From assembly GCA_964489345.1 (NCBI GenBank), contig CAZAYQ010000001.1, positions 1-38,963 of the forward strand: a stretch of 38,963 nt of DNA, in the 5' to 3' direction. Of this stretch, positions 9,585 to 18,663 are shown piece after piece. The notes under the pieces are model-generated. The model saw only the letters and a list, made by a program, of their open reading frames with translations. It was not told the DNA's origin and made no database searches. A program made the translations under genes and the position numbers. The first letter of the stretch is position 1. Each line of letters starts with the position of its first letter. The DNA is from an uncultured Clostridia bacterium (lineage in GTDB: Bacteria > Bacillota > Clostridia > Tissierellales > Sedimentibacteraceae).

Positions 9585-12500
9585 AGTGCTTCTCCTCCTG
9601 CTGTTTCTGTTTCGATTGCAACCTCGGGTGTCTGTTCAAAATAGGGTTGGTTTTTTCCGATTAATCGGTATTTGTTTCCCAATGAGCTGTCAAACTGGCA
9701 AATACTTATATATTCACAATATGTGCATGGTATTTTTCCGTCAGATTTCTTGTAAGGGTCAATATTTATATTTCCTTCTAAAATACTCTTTGTCATATCC
9801 GAACACTTTTTATAAACCATTTCGATTAAATCATTAAAAGCATCTTCCGTTAATCCTTTAGTTCTGTTTTCATAAAACTCACCGTCATTTTTTATAGCTG
9901 CAGGTATAATGCTTGAAGTATTGCCAATATTTTTATCCAAAAATTGCACAACTTCTTTGTCTTTTAATACAAAACCCTTAAGCTTTAAGCTCTTGAATAT
10001 TTCTTCTTCCGGCTCCTTTGATTTATTGTCATCCTTATATACCGGATCATTTATATAATAATAAAATATACCGCCGATATGAGGTTTTTTCCCGAATAAT
10101 TCTTCTCCTTTGTCAATTAAAGCTTTTAAATACACAATCAATTGAACCTGGATGCCTTCTTGAGCATCGTCTAAGTCAATATCATTCGGAGAAGATTTGT
10201 AATCAATAATACTTGCATACAATTTGCCGTTATTTTCAAAAGCATCTACTCTGTCTATTTTACCTCTGAGCTTTAAAACTTCCTTAATTTTATCAGTTTC
10301 TACCGGTATTTCGATAGGCGGCAAAAAAACTCCCTTCGCCTTTTCATCACTATTATCCACCAAATCAAATTGGAGCTCTGTATACTTAGGTCTGAAGTCG
10401 CTTGAATTTAATTGCCGTACAATTGTCCAGCATGTTCTTTTCATCACTCTTTTTATTTTTTCCTTCATATATTTGTTTCTGTGATTAGCTTCAATGGCTG
10501 TAACCTTATCTTCCTGTTCCTTTAAAACCTCATCGGTTATTTTAACAGCTTCCTCTTCTGCTCTTTCTCTTTCAAGTAAGCTTATGTCCTTGTGTTCTTC
10601 ATTTATTTTATTTATGAATTTTTCTACTACTGAGTGATAAATATTACCTAAATCATAAAACTCAATTTTTTGAATTGCTCTTTCTCTTGGTTTTAACACA
10701 TTTGCCATAAAATATCTAAACTGGCATTCAGCATAACTTTCTAATTTTGAAACTGACATTGTCATATTGTTTTCGTAAATACTTTTTACGATATCAGACT
10801 CCAAAGTTTTCATTGAATTCTTATGCTTTAAAGCTTTATTGATAATATCAAAATTTTCTTTGTCCTCTTTTTCATACCATGTGTAAACATCCTTCCAAAG
10901 GTTGTCCATTTCATAACCATCTATGTAATTTCTCATATTTTCCACAAAGTAATCATAGGTACCGCTGTAATTTGAAACCAATTCCAATTCATCGGCAATA
11001 CTTAAGTCCGTACCTTCCTTAACAGTAATGAAGATTTTTTTCAATATATCAATGTACAATGATGGCTGCAAGCTTTCCCCTGTTGCCAAGCCCAAAGGAT
11101 AACTTATGGACAATCTATGGGAAGGGCTTGAAAATAACTTGTAAAGCATGTGTTTTTCTTTAAATGTGTCATAGTCTGCTCCTTTTGTAAGCTTAACATC
11201 ATTTTCAAGGAGAAGCTCTCTTTCTTCATTTAACAATAAACCTTTTTCAGTATTTTTGGCATCCAAATTACTGTCATTCCCACCTATTATAAATAATGCC
11301 TTTGGTTTAGTGACAGCAATTCTGTCAATATCCCCTACTTCAACCTTGTCTATTGCAGGAGGTATTATGCTTACCTCAACTTCTCCAAGACCTGCCTCCA
11401 ATATTTTCCTGTATTCCTTTATTGAAATTTCAGTATCTTGTCCAACCAGTAAAAGCTGTTCAAATATTTCCATAACATAATTCCAGCACTGGGAATATTC
11501 ACTGGCTTCCTCGTATTTGTGCATGTTATTAAATCCTTTGACAGCCTTTTCCATCTTTTCTTTTATTTTATGCTTTTTAAGATACTTAAATATGAGCTTT
11601 GTAATTTCATCAGCTCTTTTTAGATTTTTAATTTCTTTTCTCTCAGCATCAAAATCACCGGCAAAGAGTTTCCTATACTCATTCATTGTAAAGGATTGAG
11701 GAATTAAAGGTTTAAATTCCTTAAACCATTTTTCACCCTCAATACCGTACTCAAGAGCATAATTCTCCAAACGATGAACTTGATTGATGCTTAAAGGGGA
11801 AAATCCTGTTTTTAAGTATTCAAATACATTGTCATGCTTGAATTTCCAAATAAACATATCAAGAATTGAAAGAATATACTTGGATAAAGGATTGTTTAAA
11901 ATGCCTCTTTTTACATCCAGGAAGTATGGAATTTGGTATTGAGCAAATATTCTTTTGACATTTGTTTCATAGCTGTCCATGCTGCCAAGGGCAAGCTTAA
12001 TATCCCGCCACCTGAAACCCTTGTCCCTGACCAGGCTTATTATTTCTGCCGCGGTTTTTTGTGTTTCCCTGTATGGATTTAAAGAAGAATAAATGGTAAC
12101 TTTATCCGTATCATTTTTATATTCTTCAATATTTAGGGAAAATATGTTTTTTTCAATTGCTTTCATTTCCGGAACAGAAAGTTTGTTATCCTTTAAGGAT
12201 ATTATTTCTATATCAGTATCAAGGTTTTTTATTGTACTATATGTATCATATATAATTTTAAATGCTTCATAGTCATCATGTTCTTCCGGCTCACGAAAAT
12301 AAGAAGAGTCAATGTTAAGGGAAAGAGTTACAGACTTTGAATAATCACAAAGGGCTTTTATTAAACTGAGTCTTTGATAATTAAAGCTTTCAAATCCGTC
12401 AATCCATATTTTAGACTTTTTTATATATGCTGAGTCCTTTATCAGAGAAATAAAAAGCTTTGTTTTGTCCTCTTCATCAAAATATTTCCCTTCAGTTTTT

Positions 12501-12997
12501 TTGATAAACTCGCTATAAATTAATTCAATGTCTGATAATTTCCGCATTAATATTTCATCTGTCACAACAAGGGCTGCATTTTTCAATGATTGGCTGTCGA
12601 CTAAATTTTGCTTGAATTCAGCCGTCAATTCTTCAAATTCTTTTAAAAATCCGCTTTGTTTGTAGGAATTGCCAAAAATTTTAAGTTTGTCCCTATTTTC
12701 TTCAAATATCTTCTTAAGAAGCATAATTTTCCCGAAAATGCTTATATCCTGGACCTTTAATCCGCCTACTTCCTCCAGAACCTTCCTCTCAAGCCTTTTA
12801 AAGCTTAGAATTTCTACATTCATAATGCCCGCCACCCCAAAGCTCTCAATAATGCTGCTTTCAGCCTGGTATGTCATAAGCTCGGGAACTATCAATATTA
12901 AATTGTCTTTTGTATCTTCAGCCCGGCTTTTAATCTCATCATAAATATATGATGACTTCCCTGTATTAGCTCTTCCGGCTATAATTTTTAAACTCAT
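9581..12997 (-). CDS. addB: ATP-dependent helicase/nuclease AddAB subunit B
   Basis: GRANTGKS, IDGFESF, SVSKLESYAECQF, RGKIDRVD, IIDYKSS and PCTYCEYISICQFD (four Fe-S Cys). Start set at ATG 12997 (MSLKII), which follows an AAGGTGG RBS, rather than GTG 13006. Confidence 0.96.
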   Translation of the reverse strand: MSLKIIAGRANTGKSSYIYDEIKSRAEDTKDNLILIVPELMTYQAESSIIESFGVAGIMNVEILSFKRLERKVLEEVGGLKVQDISIFGKIMLLKKIFEENRDKLKIFGNSYKQSGFLKEFEELTAEFKQNLVDSQSLKNAALVVTDEILMRKLSDIELIYSEFIKKTEGKYFDEEDKTKLFISLIKDSAYIKKSKIWIDGFESFNYQRLSLIKALCDYSKSVTLSLNIDSSYFREPEEHDDYEAFKIIYDTYSTIKNLDTDIEIISLKDNKLSVPEMKAIEKNIFSLNIEEYKNDTDKVTIYSSLNPYRETQKTAAEIISLVRDKGFRWRDIKLALGSMDSYETNVKRIFAQYQIPYFLDVKRGILNNPLSKYILSILDMFIWKFKHDNVFEYLKTGFSPLSINQVHRLENYALEYGIEGEKWFKEFKPLIPQSFTMNEYRKLFAGDFDAERKEIKNLKRADEITKLIFKYLKKHKIKEKMEKAVKGFNNMHKYEEASEYSQCWNYVMEIFEQLLLVGQDTEISIKEYRKILEAGLGEVEVSIIPPAIDKVEVGDIDRIAVTKPKALFIIGGNDSNLDAKNTEKGLLLNEERELLLENDVKLTKGADYDTFKEKHMLYKLFSSPSHRLSISYPLGLATGESLQPSLYIDILKKIFITVKEGTDLSIADELELVSNYSGTYDYFVENMRNYIDGYEMDNLWKDVYTWYEKEDKENFDIINKALKHKNSMKTLESDIVKSIYENNMTMSVSKLESYAECQFRYFMANVLKPRERAIQKIEFYDLGNIYHSVVEKFINKINEEHKDISLLERERAEEEAVKITDEVLKEQEDKVTAIEANHRNKYMKEKIKRVMKRTCWTIVRQLNSSDFRPKYTELQFDLVDNSDEKAKGVFLPPIEIPVETDKIKEVLKLRGKIDRVDAFENNGKLYASIIDYKSSPNDIDLDDAQEGIQVQLIVYLKALIDKGEELFGKKPHIGGIFYYYINDPVYKDDNKSKEPEEEIFKSLKLKGFVLKDKEVVQFLDKNIGNTSSIIPAAIKNDGEFYENRTKGLTEDAFNDLIEMVYKKCSDMTKSILEGNINIDPYKKSDGKIPCTYCEYISICQFDSSLGNKYRLIGKNQPYFEQTPEVAIETETAGGEAL

Positions 12998-13143
12998 ATA
13001 TACCACCTTGATACTAGTACTAAGTGATTAGATAATTTATTTAATTATACAGGAATTAATATTCTATTGCAATAAAGAAGAATCTCAGCTTTTAACGAGA
13101 ACTTTCAAATTTCTAAATCATATTATAATCCAGTAGGGTTGAA

Positions 13144-13818
13144 ATGAATAATAATTGCTTTAATGCAGACATAAGCATACATGAATATGATAAAACATTT
13201 TATTATAACAATGAAGAAATGTTGAAACTCACAATAAAGTATCCGCAAGTATATTTGTATAACAAAGAGGCAGAAAACCGAATAAATGCTCAAATAAATA
13301 TGGAAGTAAATGATTATAAAAGATATGCTAAATATTTATTTAAAGAGGCTGTTAAAAGCTATGCAAAGTCACAAGCAAACGGCTATCCGTTTTTTGGCTA
13401 TGAAGCGTATATGGAATATTTTATAAGCTATAATGAAAATTGTTTTTTGAGTTTATATTATGATAAGTATGAATTCACGGGAGGAGCACACGGTAGCACT
13501 ATAAGAACTTCAGATACCTGGGAGCTATGTTGTGGAACCCATCTGCCCCTAAGCAGTTTTTTCCGTCCGGCTGCAGATTACAAACATCTTTTAATTGATC
13601 AAATAATAAGGCAGGCTGAAGAAATTCAAAGAAGACAGAATATATATTTTGACGACTACAAATCCTTGATTATTAAAAATTTTGATGAAGACAGTTTTTA
13701 TCTGTCGCCTTCAGGCATAACATTTTATTATCAGCAATACGATATTGCACCATATTCTACAGGAATAGCGGAGTTTACTATTCCTTACTCAATTATAGGC
13801 TGGCGGCCTAATTGCTGA
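13144..13818 (+). CDS. DUF3298/DUF4163 domain protein (PdaC/RsiV-like fold), no signal peptide
   Basis: YEFTGGAHG and FYYQQYDIAPYSTG motifs typical of DUF4163+DUF3298 proteins. Confidence 0.85.
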   Translation: MNNNCFNADISIHEYDKTFYYNNEEMLKLTIKYPQVYLYNKEAENRINAQINMEVNDYKRYAKYLFKEAVKSYAKSQANGYPFFGYEAYMEYFISYNENCFLSLYYDKYEFTGGAHGSTIRTSDTWELCCGTHLPLSSFFRPAADYKHLLIDQIIRQAEEIQRRQNIYFDDYKSLIIKNFDEDSFYLSPSGITFYYQQYDIAPYSTGIAEFTIPYSIIGWRPNC

Positions 13819-13823
13819 TTGAT

Positions 13824-13852
13824 AAAAAACCCCGTGATAGTGCGGGGTTCTT
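13824..13852. terminator. Probable bidirectional intrinsic terminator
   Basis: aaaaaaccccg-tgatagtg-cggggttctt hairpin with flanking A/T tracts between convergent ORFs. Confidence 0.7.
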
Positions 13853-13854
13853 CG

Positions 13855-14172
13855 TTATTTCGGTGTTCTACTTATAATGCCAGTTTTTTTATGGCATTTG
13901 ATTTCAATTCCTTGACCGATTAAAGATGCCGCTGCCCCTGTCAATACATCTCCGCTGCCTGCTGTGGCCATCCCCGGATTTCCTGTAGTATTAATAAAAA
14001 CCTTCCCGCCGGGACATGCTATAATGGTTCTTTCACCCTTAAGGACCAGGTAAACATTGTATTCATTAGAGAATTCCATGGAACTTTTTATTATGTCAGC
14101 CTTTATGAAATTTATATCTTTTTTTCATCCTTATGAATATACGCATGAGTCAAATCTCATAAAGGATGGGGC
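13855..14172 (-). pseudogene. Internal remnant of NAD(P)H-hydrate dehydratase (NnrD / YjeF C-terminal domain)
   Basis: LVLKG...[21 protein letters not shown] is the NnrD ATP-binding motif. In-frame upstream [15 protein letters not shown] is preceded by a TGA, and a CCC CAT CCT (PHP of the TPHP motif) relic lies near 14163-14171. Both termini are missing. Confidence 0.8.
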
Positions 14173-14178
14173 TTTTAC

Positions 14179-14694
14179 TTAAAATTTATTGTAATGTACC
14201 CTTGATACTTCCACATCCTTGTCTGTATAAGGACCTATATTTTCATTTTTATAGCCCGCAGCAATTATACAGACTACTCCGTATTTTTCCGGTATGTTTA
14301 AAACTTTTCTTACTTCTTTTTCAGCATCACCATAGTCGCTGAATCTTTTTCTCATCTGTATCCATACTGTTCCAAGCCCCATGTCTTCTGCCGCCAGTTG
14401 TATGTAAGATGCTGCAATTGATGCATCCTCTACCCATACGTCGCTTTTTTGGCTGTCTGCAATAACTGCAAGAGCAAAGGGAGCAGTATTCAGACCAATG
14501 CTGCCCATGTTTTTGCAGTCTTTTAATTTCAAAATTATATCTTTGTCATCTACAGCAATAAGTTCAACTACTTTCTTGTTTTTTGATGTAGGAGCCAGGA
14601 GTCCAGCCTTAATTAATTTTTTAATTTCTTCTTTTGACAGTTTTTCATCTTTGAATTTTCGTATAGACCGTCTTTTCATTATTAAATTTAACAT
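14179..14694 (-). CDS. Nitroreductase family protein
   Basis: KRRSIRKF, APTSKN, WVEDASIAA and LGTVWIQ motifs; GGAGGG RBS. Confidence 0.92.
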   Translation of the reverse strand: MLNLIMKRRSIRKFKDEKLSKEEIKKLIKAGLLAPTSKNKKVVELIAVDDKDIILKLKDCKNMGSIGLNTAPFALAVIADSQKSDVWVEDASIAASYIQLAAEDMGLGTVWIQMRKRFSDYGDAEKEVRKVLNIPEKYGVVCIIAAGYKNENIGPYTDKDVEVSRVHYNKF

Positions 14695-14865
14695 ATCAGC
14701 CCTCCGCTTATTTTATTATATTGTACTACAATATTCTCCCTTTTTCAATCATGGCAATGCTGTTATTATGCCGTTAAAATAATTTTCTCACCAATCTACA
14801 GGGATTTTATTAAAAATATGTTTGACTTCTCTAAAAAACAGTATTAAAAATATATTTTTTTGCTA

Positions 14866-14895
14866 TTGACATTTAGGTCTATTAAGATATATACT
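14866..14895 (+). promoter_or_regulatory. Sigma-A-type promoter upstream of the SAM riboswitch
   Basis: TTGACA (14866-14871), 18 nt, TATACT (14890-14895). Confidence 0.6.
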
Positions 14896-14916
14896 TTGTT
14901 TTAATAATTTAATAAA

Positions 14917-15011
14917 TTCATCAAGAGTGACGGAGGGACCTGGCCCTGTGAAGTCCGGCAACCAATCTTAGTATATGGTGCTAATTCCAGCGGTATTAAC
15001 CGGAAGATGAG
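14917..15011 (+). ncRNA. SAM-I (S-box) riboswitch aptamer
   Basis: TTCATCAAGAG-TGACGGAGGGACCTGGCCCTGTGAAGTCCGGCAACC...GGTGCTAATTCC...GAAGATGAG matches the S-box consensus; lies upstream of methionine synthase genes. Confidence 0.96.
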
Positions 15012-15025
15012 GAAAAGAGACTGTG

Positions 15026-15052
15026 TCTTCCCCATTCTGAGGAAGATTTTTT
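15026..15052 (+). terminator. Riboswitch expression-platform terminator
   Basis: TCTTCC-loop-GGAAGA followed by TTTTTT; GGAAGA at 15002-15007, overlapping the P1 3' strand, can pair with TCTTCC as an antiterminator. Confidence 0.85.
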
Positions 15053-15111
15053 AATATAGGCAAAGCCTTTCATGCCTTGGAAGGTATTTTTTCAATAAGA
15101 GAGTGTGACAA

Positions 15112-15804
15112 ATGAGTGTAAGCTATCTAAATAATGATTTTATAAAAATAGACAAAAAAGAAGCTTTAAGGTATTTAGGCTATGAAAATAAAGACCCGGA
15201 TGAGAATACAAATAAGCTGCTGGAGGAATCCTTTTCTGAATTAAAGGAAATCTGCCAGCCTAAGTATGTGTTCAGGATTTTCGAGCTTAAAAAGGAAAAT
15301 AATATAATAAGCTTTGAAAACCATATAAATATTAAGTCCAATGATTTGAAAGTTCTTTTTAAGGACTGTGACAAGTCTGCTGTCATGGCTGCAAGCTTAG
15401 GCTTTGAAACAGAAAAAAGAATCAGGTATTACTCCATGACTGATTTGTCAAAGGCACTTGTATTTGATTCTTTGGCAGCAGCCTGTATTGAGTCCCTGTG
15501 CGATGCTTGTGAAGCTGAAATAAAAGAAATAGCAGAAGAGGAAGGTGCTTCCATTACATTCAGATACAGTCCGGGATACGGTGATGTGCCAATTTCTCAT
15601 CAGGGGGAAATACTATCAGCATTGAATGCCCAAAAGCTCATAGGTCTTACGGTTTCGGATTCTTCAATACTAATACCGAGAAAATCTGTGACTGCTTTTA
15701 TAGGTTTTGACAAAAGCAAGAATGTTCATAAAAAATCATGTTTAAACTGCAGTCTTTTTGAAAGCTGTAATTTTTCCAAAGCAGGTGATAATTGTGTTAA
15801 ATAA
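15112..15804 (+). CDS. B12-dependent methionine synthase activation (SAM-binding) domain, stand-alone
   Basis: EALRYLGY, RYSPGYGD and LIPRKSVTAFIG motifs; overlaps the start of the catalytic gene. Confidence 0.9.
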   Translation: MSVSYLNNDFIKIDKKEALRYLGYENKDPDENTNKLLEESFSELKEICQPKYVFRIFELKKENNIISFENHINIKSNDLKVLFKDCDKSAVMAASLGFETEKRIRYYSMTDLSKALVFDSLAAACIESLCDACEAEIKEIAEEEGASITFRYSPGYGDVPISHQGEILSALNAQKLIGLTVSDSSILIPRKSVTAFIGFDKSKNVHKKSCLNCSLFESCNFSKAGDNCVK

Positions 15805-18151
15805 ATTAAAAGATAGTTTTTTATACTTTGACGGTGCAATGGGCACCATGCTGCAAAAAAGCGGTCTTGAAACAGGCCGGCTGCCTGAAGAGCTGAATAT
15901 CACAAATCCGGATCTTATATATAGGATCTATAGGGAATATTTGCATTCAGGCTCAAATATTGTTTCAACAAATACATTCGGAGCTAACAGGCTTAAGCTG
16001 AAAAATTTGCCCTATGGAGTTGAAGAAATTATTAGAGCATCTGTAGAAACAGCAAAAAAATCCATAGCCGGCATGGAAGAAAAATATGTTGCCCTGGATA
16101 TAGGTCCAATAGGAAGTCTCCTGTCACCCTTAGGTACACTTGACTTCGAAGAAGCCTGTGATATATTCAAAGAACAGGTAATAAGCGGCACAAATGCCGG
16201 AGCAGATTTAATTCTTATAGAAACAATGACTGATTTATACGAATTAAAGGCTGCAATTCTGGCTGCCAAAGAAAACTCAAGCCTGCCTGTGTTTGCAACC
16301 ATGTCCTTTCAGGATAACGGCCGCACCTTTACGGGTACTGATGTAAAAACATTCGTATTTACTGCTGAAGGCCTTGGTGTTGATGTTTTGGGTGTAAACT
16401 GCTCTTTAGGCCCTAAAGAGCTCCAGCCCATTGTTGATGAACTGGTAAAATATTCTTCCATACCTGTTATGGTCCAGGCCAATGCAGGTCTTCCAAAATA
16501 TAAAAACAACACTGCATATTATGATGTCAGCCCCTTGGAATACAGCCGTGAAATAAATATAATGGCAAAAAAAGGAGTTGCAATATTTGGAGGCTGCTGT
16601 GGCACCAGCCCTGAATATATAAAAAGTATAATTAGTTCACTTAATGAACTGAAACCCTTAGAAGTTTCTAAAAAGCACTTTACAAGTGCAACTTCATCTT
16701 CAAAAACAGTATTTATCGGACCGGAAGTAACAATAATCGGTGAAAGAATCAACCCCACAGGCAAAAAACTTATGAAGGAAGCACTTAGAGAAAGCAATTT
16801 TGATTATATTGTAAAAGAAGCAATAATACAGCAAGACACAGGCTCTGATATACTTAGTATAAATTCAGGACTTCCCGGCATTGACGAAAAAGAAATGATG
16901 AAAAGAATAATATCGGAAGTTCAAAGCTTAGTTTCCCTGCCCCTTCAGATTGACAGTGCAAACTATGATGTTCTTGAGGCTGCAGCAAGAATATATAATG
17001 GAAAACCAATAATAAACTCAGTTAACGGCAAAAAAGAAAGCATGGAAAAAGTTTTTCCCACAGTTAAAAAATATGGTGCATTGGTTGTTGCCTTGACACT
17101 GGATGAGGAAGGAATTCCTGCTACAGCCGAAAAGAGACTGGAAATTGCTTCAAATATTATTGAAAAAGCCAATGAATACGGTATTGCAGAAGAAAATATC
17201 CTCATAGACCCCCTTGTTTTGACTGCTTCAGCAGGGCAGGCGGCTGTAATGGAAACCCTTAAGGCAATTCCTTTAATTAAAAATAAATACAAGGTAAAAA
17301 TTGTTTTGGGTACCAGCAATATATCCTTTGGATTACCAAACAGAAACCTTTTAAACTCCACCTATCTTGCCATGGCTTTGGCTTATGGTCTGGATGCCCC
17401 CATTACCGATTCAAGCAATGAAGCAATAATGGATGTTATAAGGTCATTTAAAGTACTGGCCGCCCAAGATAAGGACAGCAGGGATTACATAGAAGCATAC
17501 ACCGATAGAGTCCATGAAAGCAATGAAATAGTTCTGGATGCTGATTTAAAAGTATTTATAATCAAGGGTTTAAAGGACGAGGCTAAAAAACTTTCTTTAA
17601 AACTTCTTGAAAAATATAAGCCTCTTGAATTAGTAAATGAATTCTTGATACCTGCCTTGGATATGGCAGGTGAAAAATATGAAGCCCAGGAAATGTTTCT
17701 TCCTCAGCTTATAAGGAGTGCCGAAACTTCCAAAGAAGTTTTTAAAATTATAAAGAAAAATTCTTTAAAGGGTTCTGAAATAAATGGCAGAAAAATACTT
17801 TTAGCCACTGTTAAGGGAGATATCCACGATATAGGCAAAAATATTGTAAAACTTATACTTGAAAATTACGGCTATAAAATTTTTGACCTGGGCAAGGATG
17901 TAGATAGTGAAAGAATAGCTGAAACAGTTGCCAGGGAAAACATTAAGCTTGTGGGCCTAAGTGCCTTAATGACTACAACTGCTAAAAATATGGAAGACAC
18001 TATCAAGCTGCTAAAAAGCGCGTCTCCCCATGTAAAGATTATGGTTGGAGGTGCGGTATTGACTGCCGATTACGCTTCTGATATAGGTGCAGACTATTAT
18101 TCCAATGATGCAAAAGGAGCAGTTGATATAGCCAGAATAATATTTGGATAA
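15794..18151 (+). CDS. metH: Cobalamin-dependent methionine synthase (Hcy-binding, pterin-binding and B12-binding domains; no activation domain)
   Basis: FDGAMGT, GVNCS and GGCCGT Zn ligands, IIGERINPTG, GDIHDIGKNIV B12 motif. Start set at GTG 15794 after an AGGTGA RBS. Confidence 0.93.
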   Translation: MLNKLKDSFLYFDGAMGTMLQKSGLETGRLPEELNITNPDLIYRIYREYLHSGSNIVSTNTFGANRLKLKNLPYGVEEIIRASVETAKKSIAGMEEKYVALDIGPIGSLLSPLGTLDFEEACDIFKEQVISGTNAGADLILIETMTDLYELKAAILAAKENSSLPVFATMSFQDNGRTFTGTDVKTFVFTAEGLGVDVLGVNCSLGPKELQPIVDELVKYSSIPVMVQANAGLPKYKNNTAYYDVSPLEYSREINIMAKKGVAIFGGCCGTSPEYIKSIISSLNELKPLEVSKKHFTSATSSSKTVFIGPEVTIIGERINPTGKKLMKEALRESNFDYIVKEAIIQQDTGSDILSINSGLPGIDEKEMMKRIISEVQSLVSLPLQIDSANYDVLEAAARIYNGKPIINSVNGKKESMEKVFPTVKKYGALVVALTLDEEGIPATAEKRLEIASNIIEKANEYGIAEENILIDPLVLTASAGQAAVMETLKAIPLIKNKYKVKIVLGTSNISFGLPNRNLLNSTYLAMALAYGLDAPITDSSNEAIMDVIRSFKVLAAQDKDSRDYIEAYTDRVHESNEIVLDADLKVFIIKGLKDEAKKLSLKLLEKYKPLELVNEFLIPALDMAGEKYEAQEMFLPQLIRSAETSKEVFKIIKKNSLKGSEINGRKILLATVKGDIHDIGKNIVKLILENYGYKIFDLGKDVDSERIAETVARENIKLVGLSALMTTTAKNMEDTIKLLKSASPHVKIMVGGAVLTADYASDIGADYYSNDAKGAVDIARIIFG

Positions 18152-18186
18152 AAAAACCGGGACGGGTTTTAATAACCGTCCCTTAT
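18152..18186. terminator. Hairpin between convergent metH and DUF3343 genes
   Basis: aaaaa-cc-gggacgg...ccgtccc-ttat inverted repeat. Confidence 0.6.
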
Positions 18187-18212
18187 ATTCCCCCCAAAAC
18201 CCACCCTGTTTT

Positions 18213-18446
18213 CTATTCAGATTCGAAGATTAATTTGTTTTCATTATTTTCTGTTAAGAATATTTTTTCAATTTCATCATCTATCAATCCATCAATGTCA
18301 CTATATTTAATTTTAGCACAAACACTGCAATTGGAGCTTAATATCCGGGGTACAGGCATAAGCTCGCATTGGATATTCTTCCGCCTGCATTTCCTATCGA
18401 ATTTTATGGCACCTGAATGGGTGAAAAACAAAAGAGTATATTCCAT
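18213..18446 (-). CDS. DUF3343 domain protein (putative Se/S carrier-associated)
   Basis: F.THSGAIK and MPVPRILSSNC motifs of DUF3343; operonic with TusA-like and YedE-like genes. Confidence 0.85.
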   Translation of the reverse strand: MEYTLLFFTHSGAIKFDRKCRRKNIQCELMPVPRILSSNCSVCAKIKYSDIDGLIDDEIEKIFLTENNENKLIFESE

Positions 18447-18447
18447 T

Positions 18448-18654
18448 TTACTTTCTTGCTTCTATTAAAAATGTGTCATCGTATTCTGTTATAGTGGAAG
18501 TATAGCCTGCACTCTTTAAATATCTTTCCACATTACCCCTGGCAGTAGTATTGTCTACTACAATATCCAAGCCTTCAGGATTCTCCTCCAATGATTTTTT
18601 GGTCATCAGCACAGGCTGGGGACAGCTCATGCCGCATGTGTCTATCTTCTTCAT
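18448..18654 (-). CDS. TusA/SirA-family sulfur/selenium carrier (YedF-like)
   Basis: IDTCGMSCPQPVL (CPxP motif) and VDNTTARGNV; 68 aa. Confidence 0.92.
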   Translation of the reverse strand: MKKIDTCGMSCPQPVLMTKKSLEENPEGLDIVVDNTTARGNVERYLKSAGYTSTITEYDDTFLIEARK

Positions 18655-18663
18655 AATCTCCTC

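Noticed and set aside
51-12944. Numerous 60-140 aa plus-strand ORFs opposite the ABC operon and addAB (and similar antisense ORFs elsewhere in the track)
   Set aside because: Antisense shadows of well-supported genes, with no RBS or recognisable motifs.
5886-12997. Helicase-nuclease pair as a novel defence system
   Set aside because: All motifs, sizes and gene order match housekeeping AddAB.
13813-13850. Cys-TGA at the end of the DUF3298 gene followed by a hairpin, resembling Sec plus SECIS
   Set aside because: The domain is already complete, the hairpin has the A/T flanks of a bidirectional terminator between convergent ORFs, and the read-through peptide is unremarkable.
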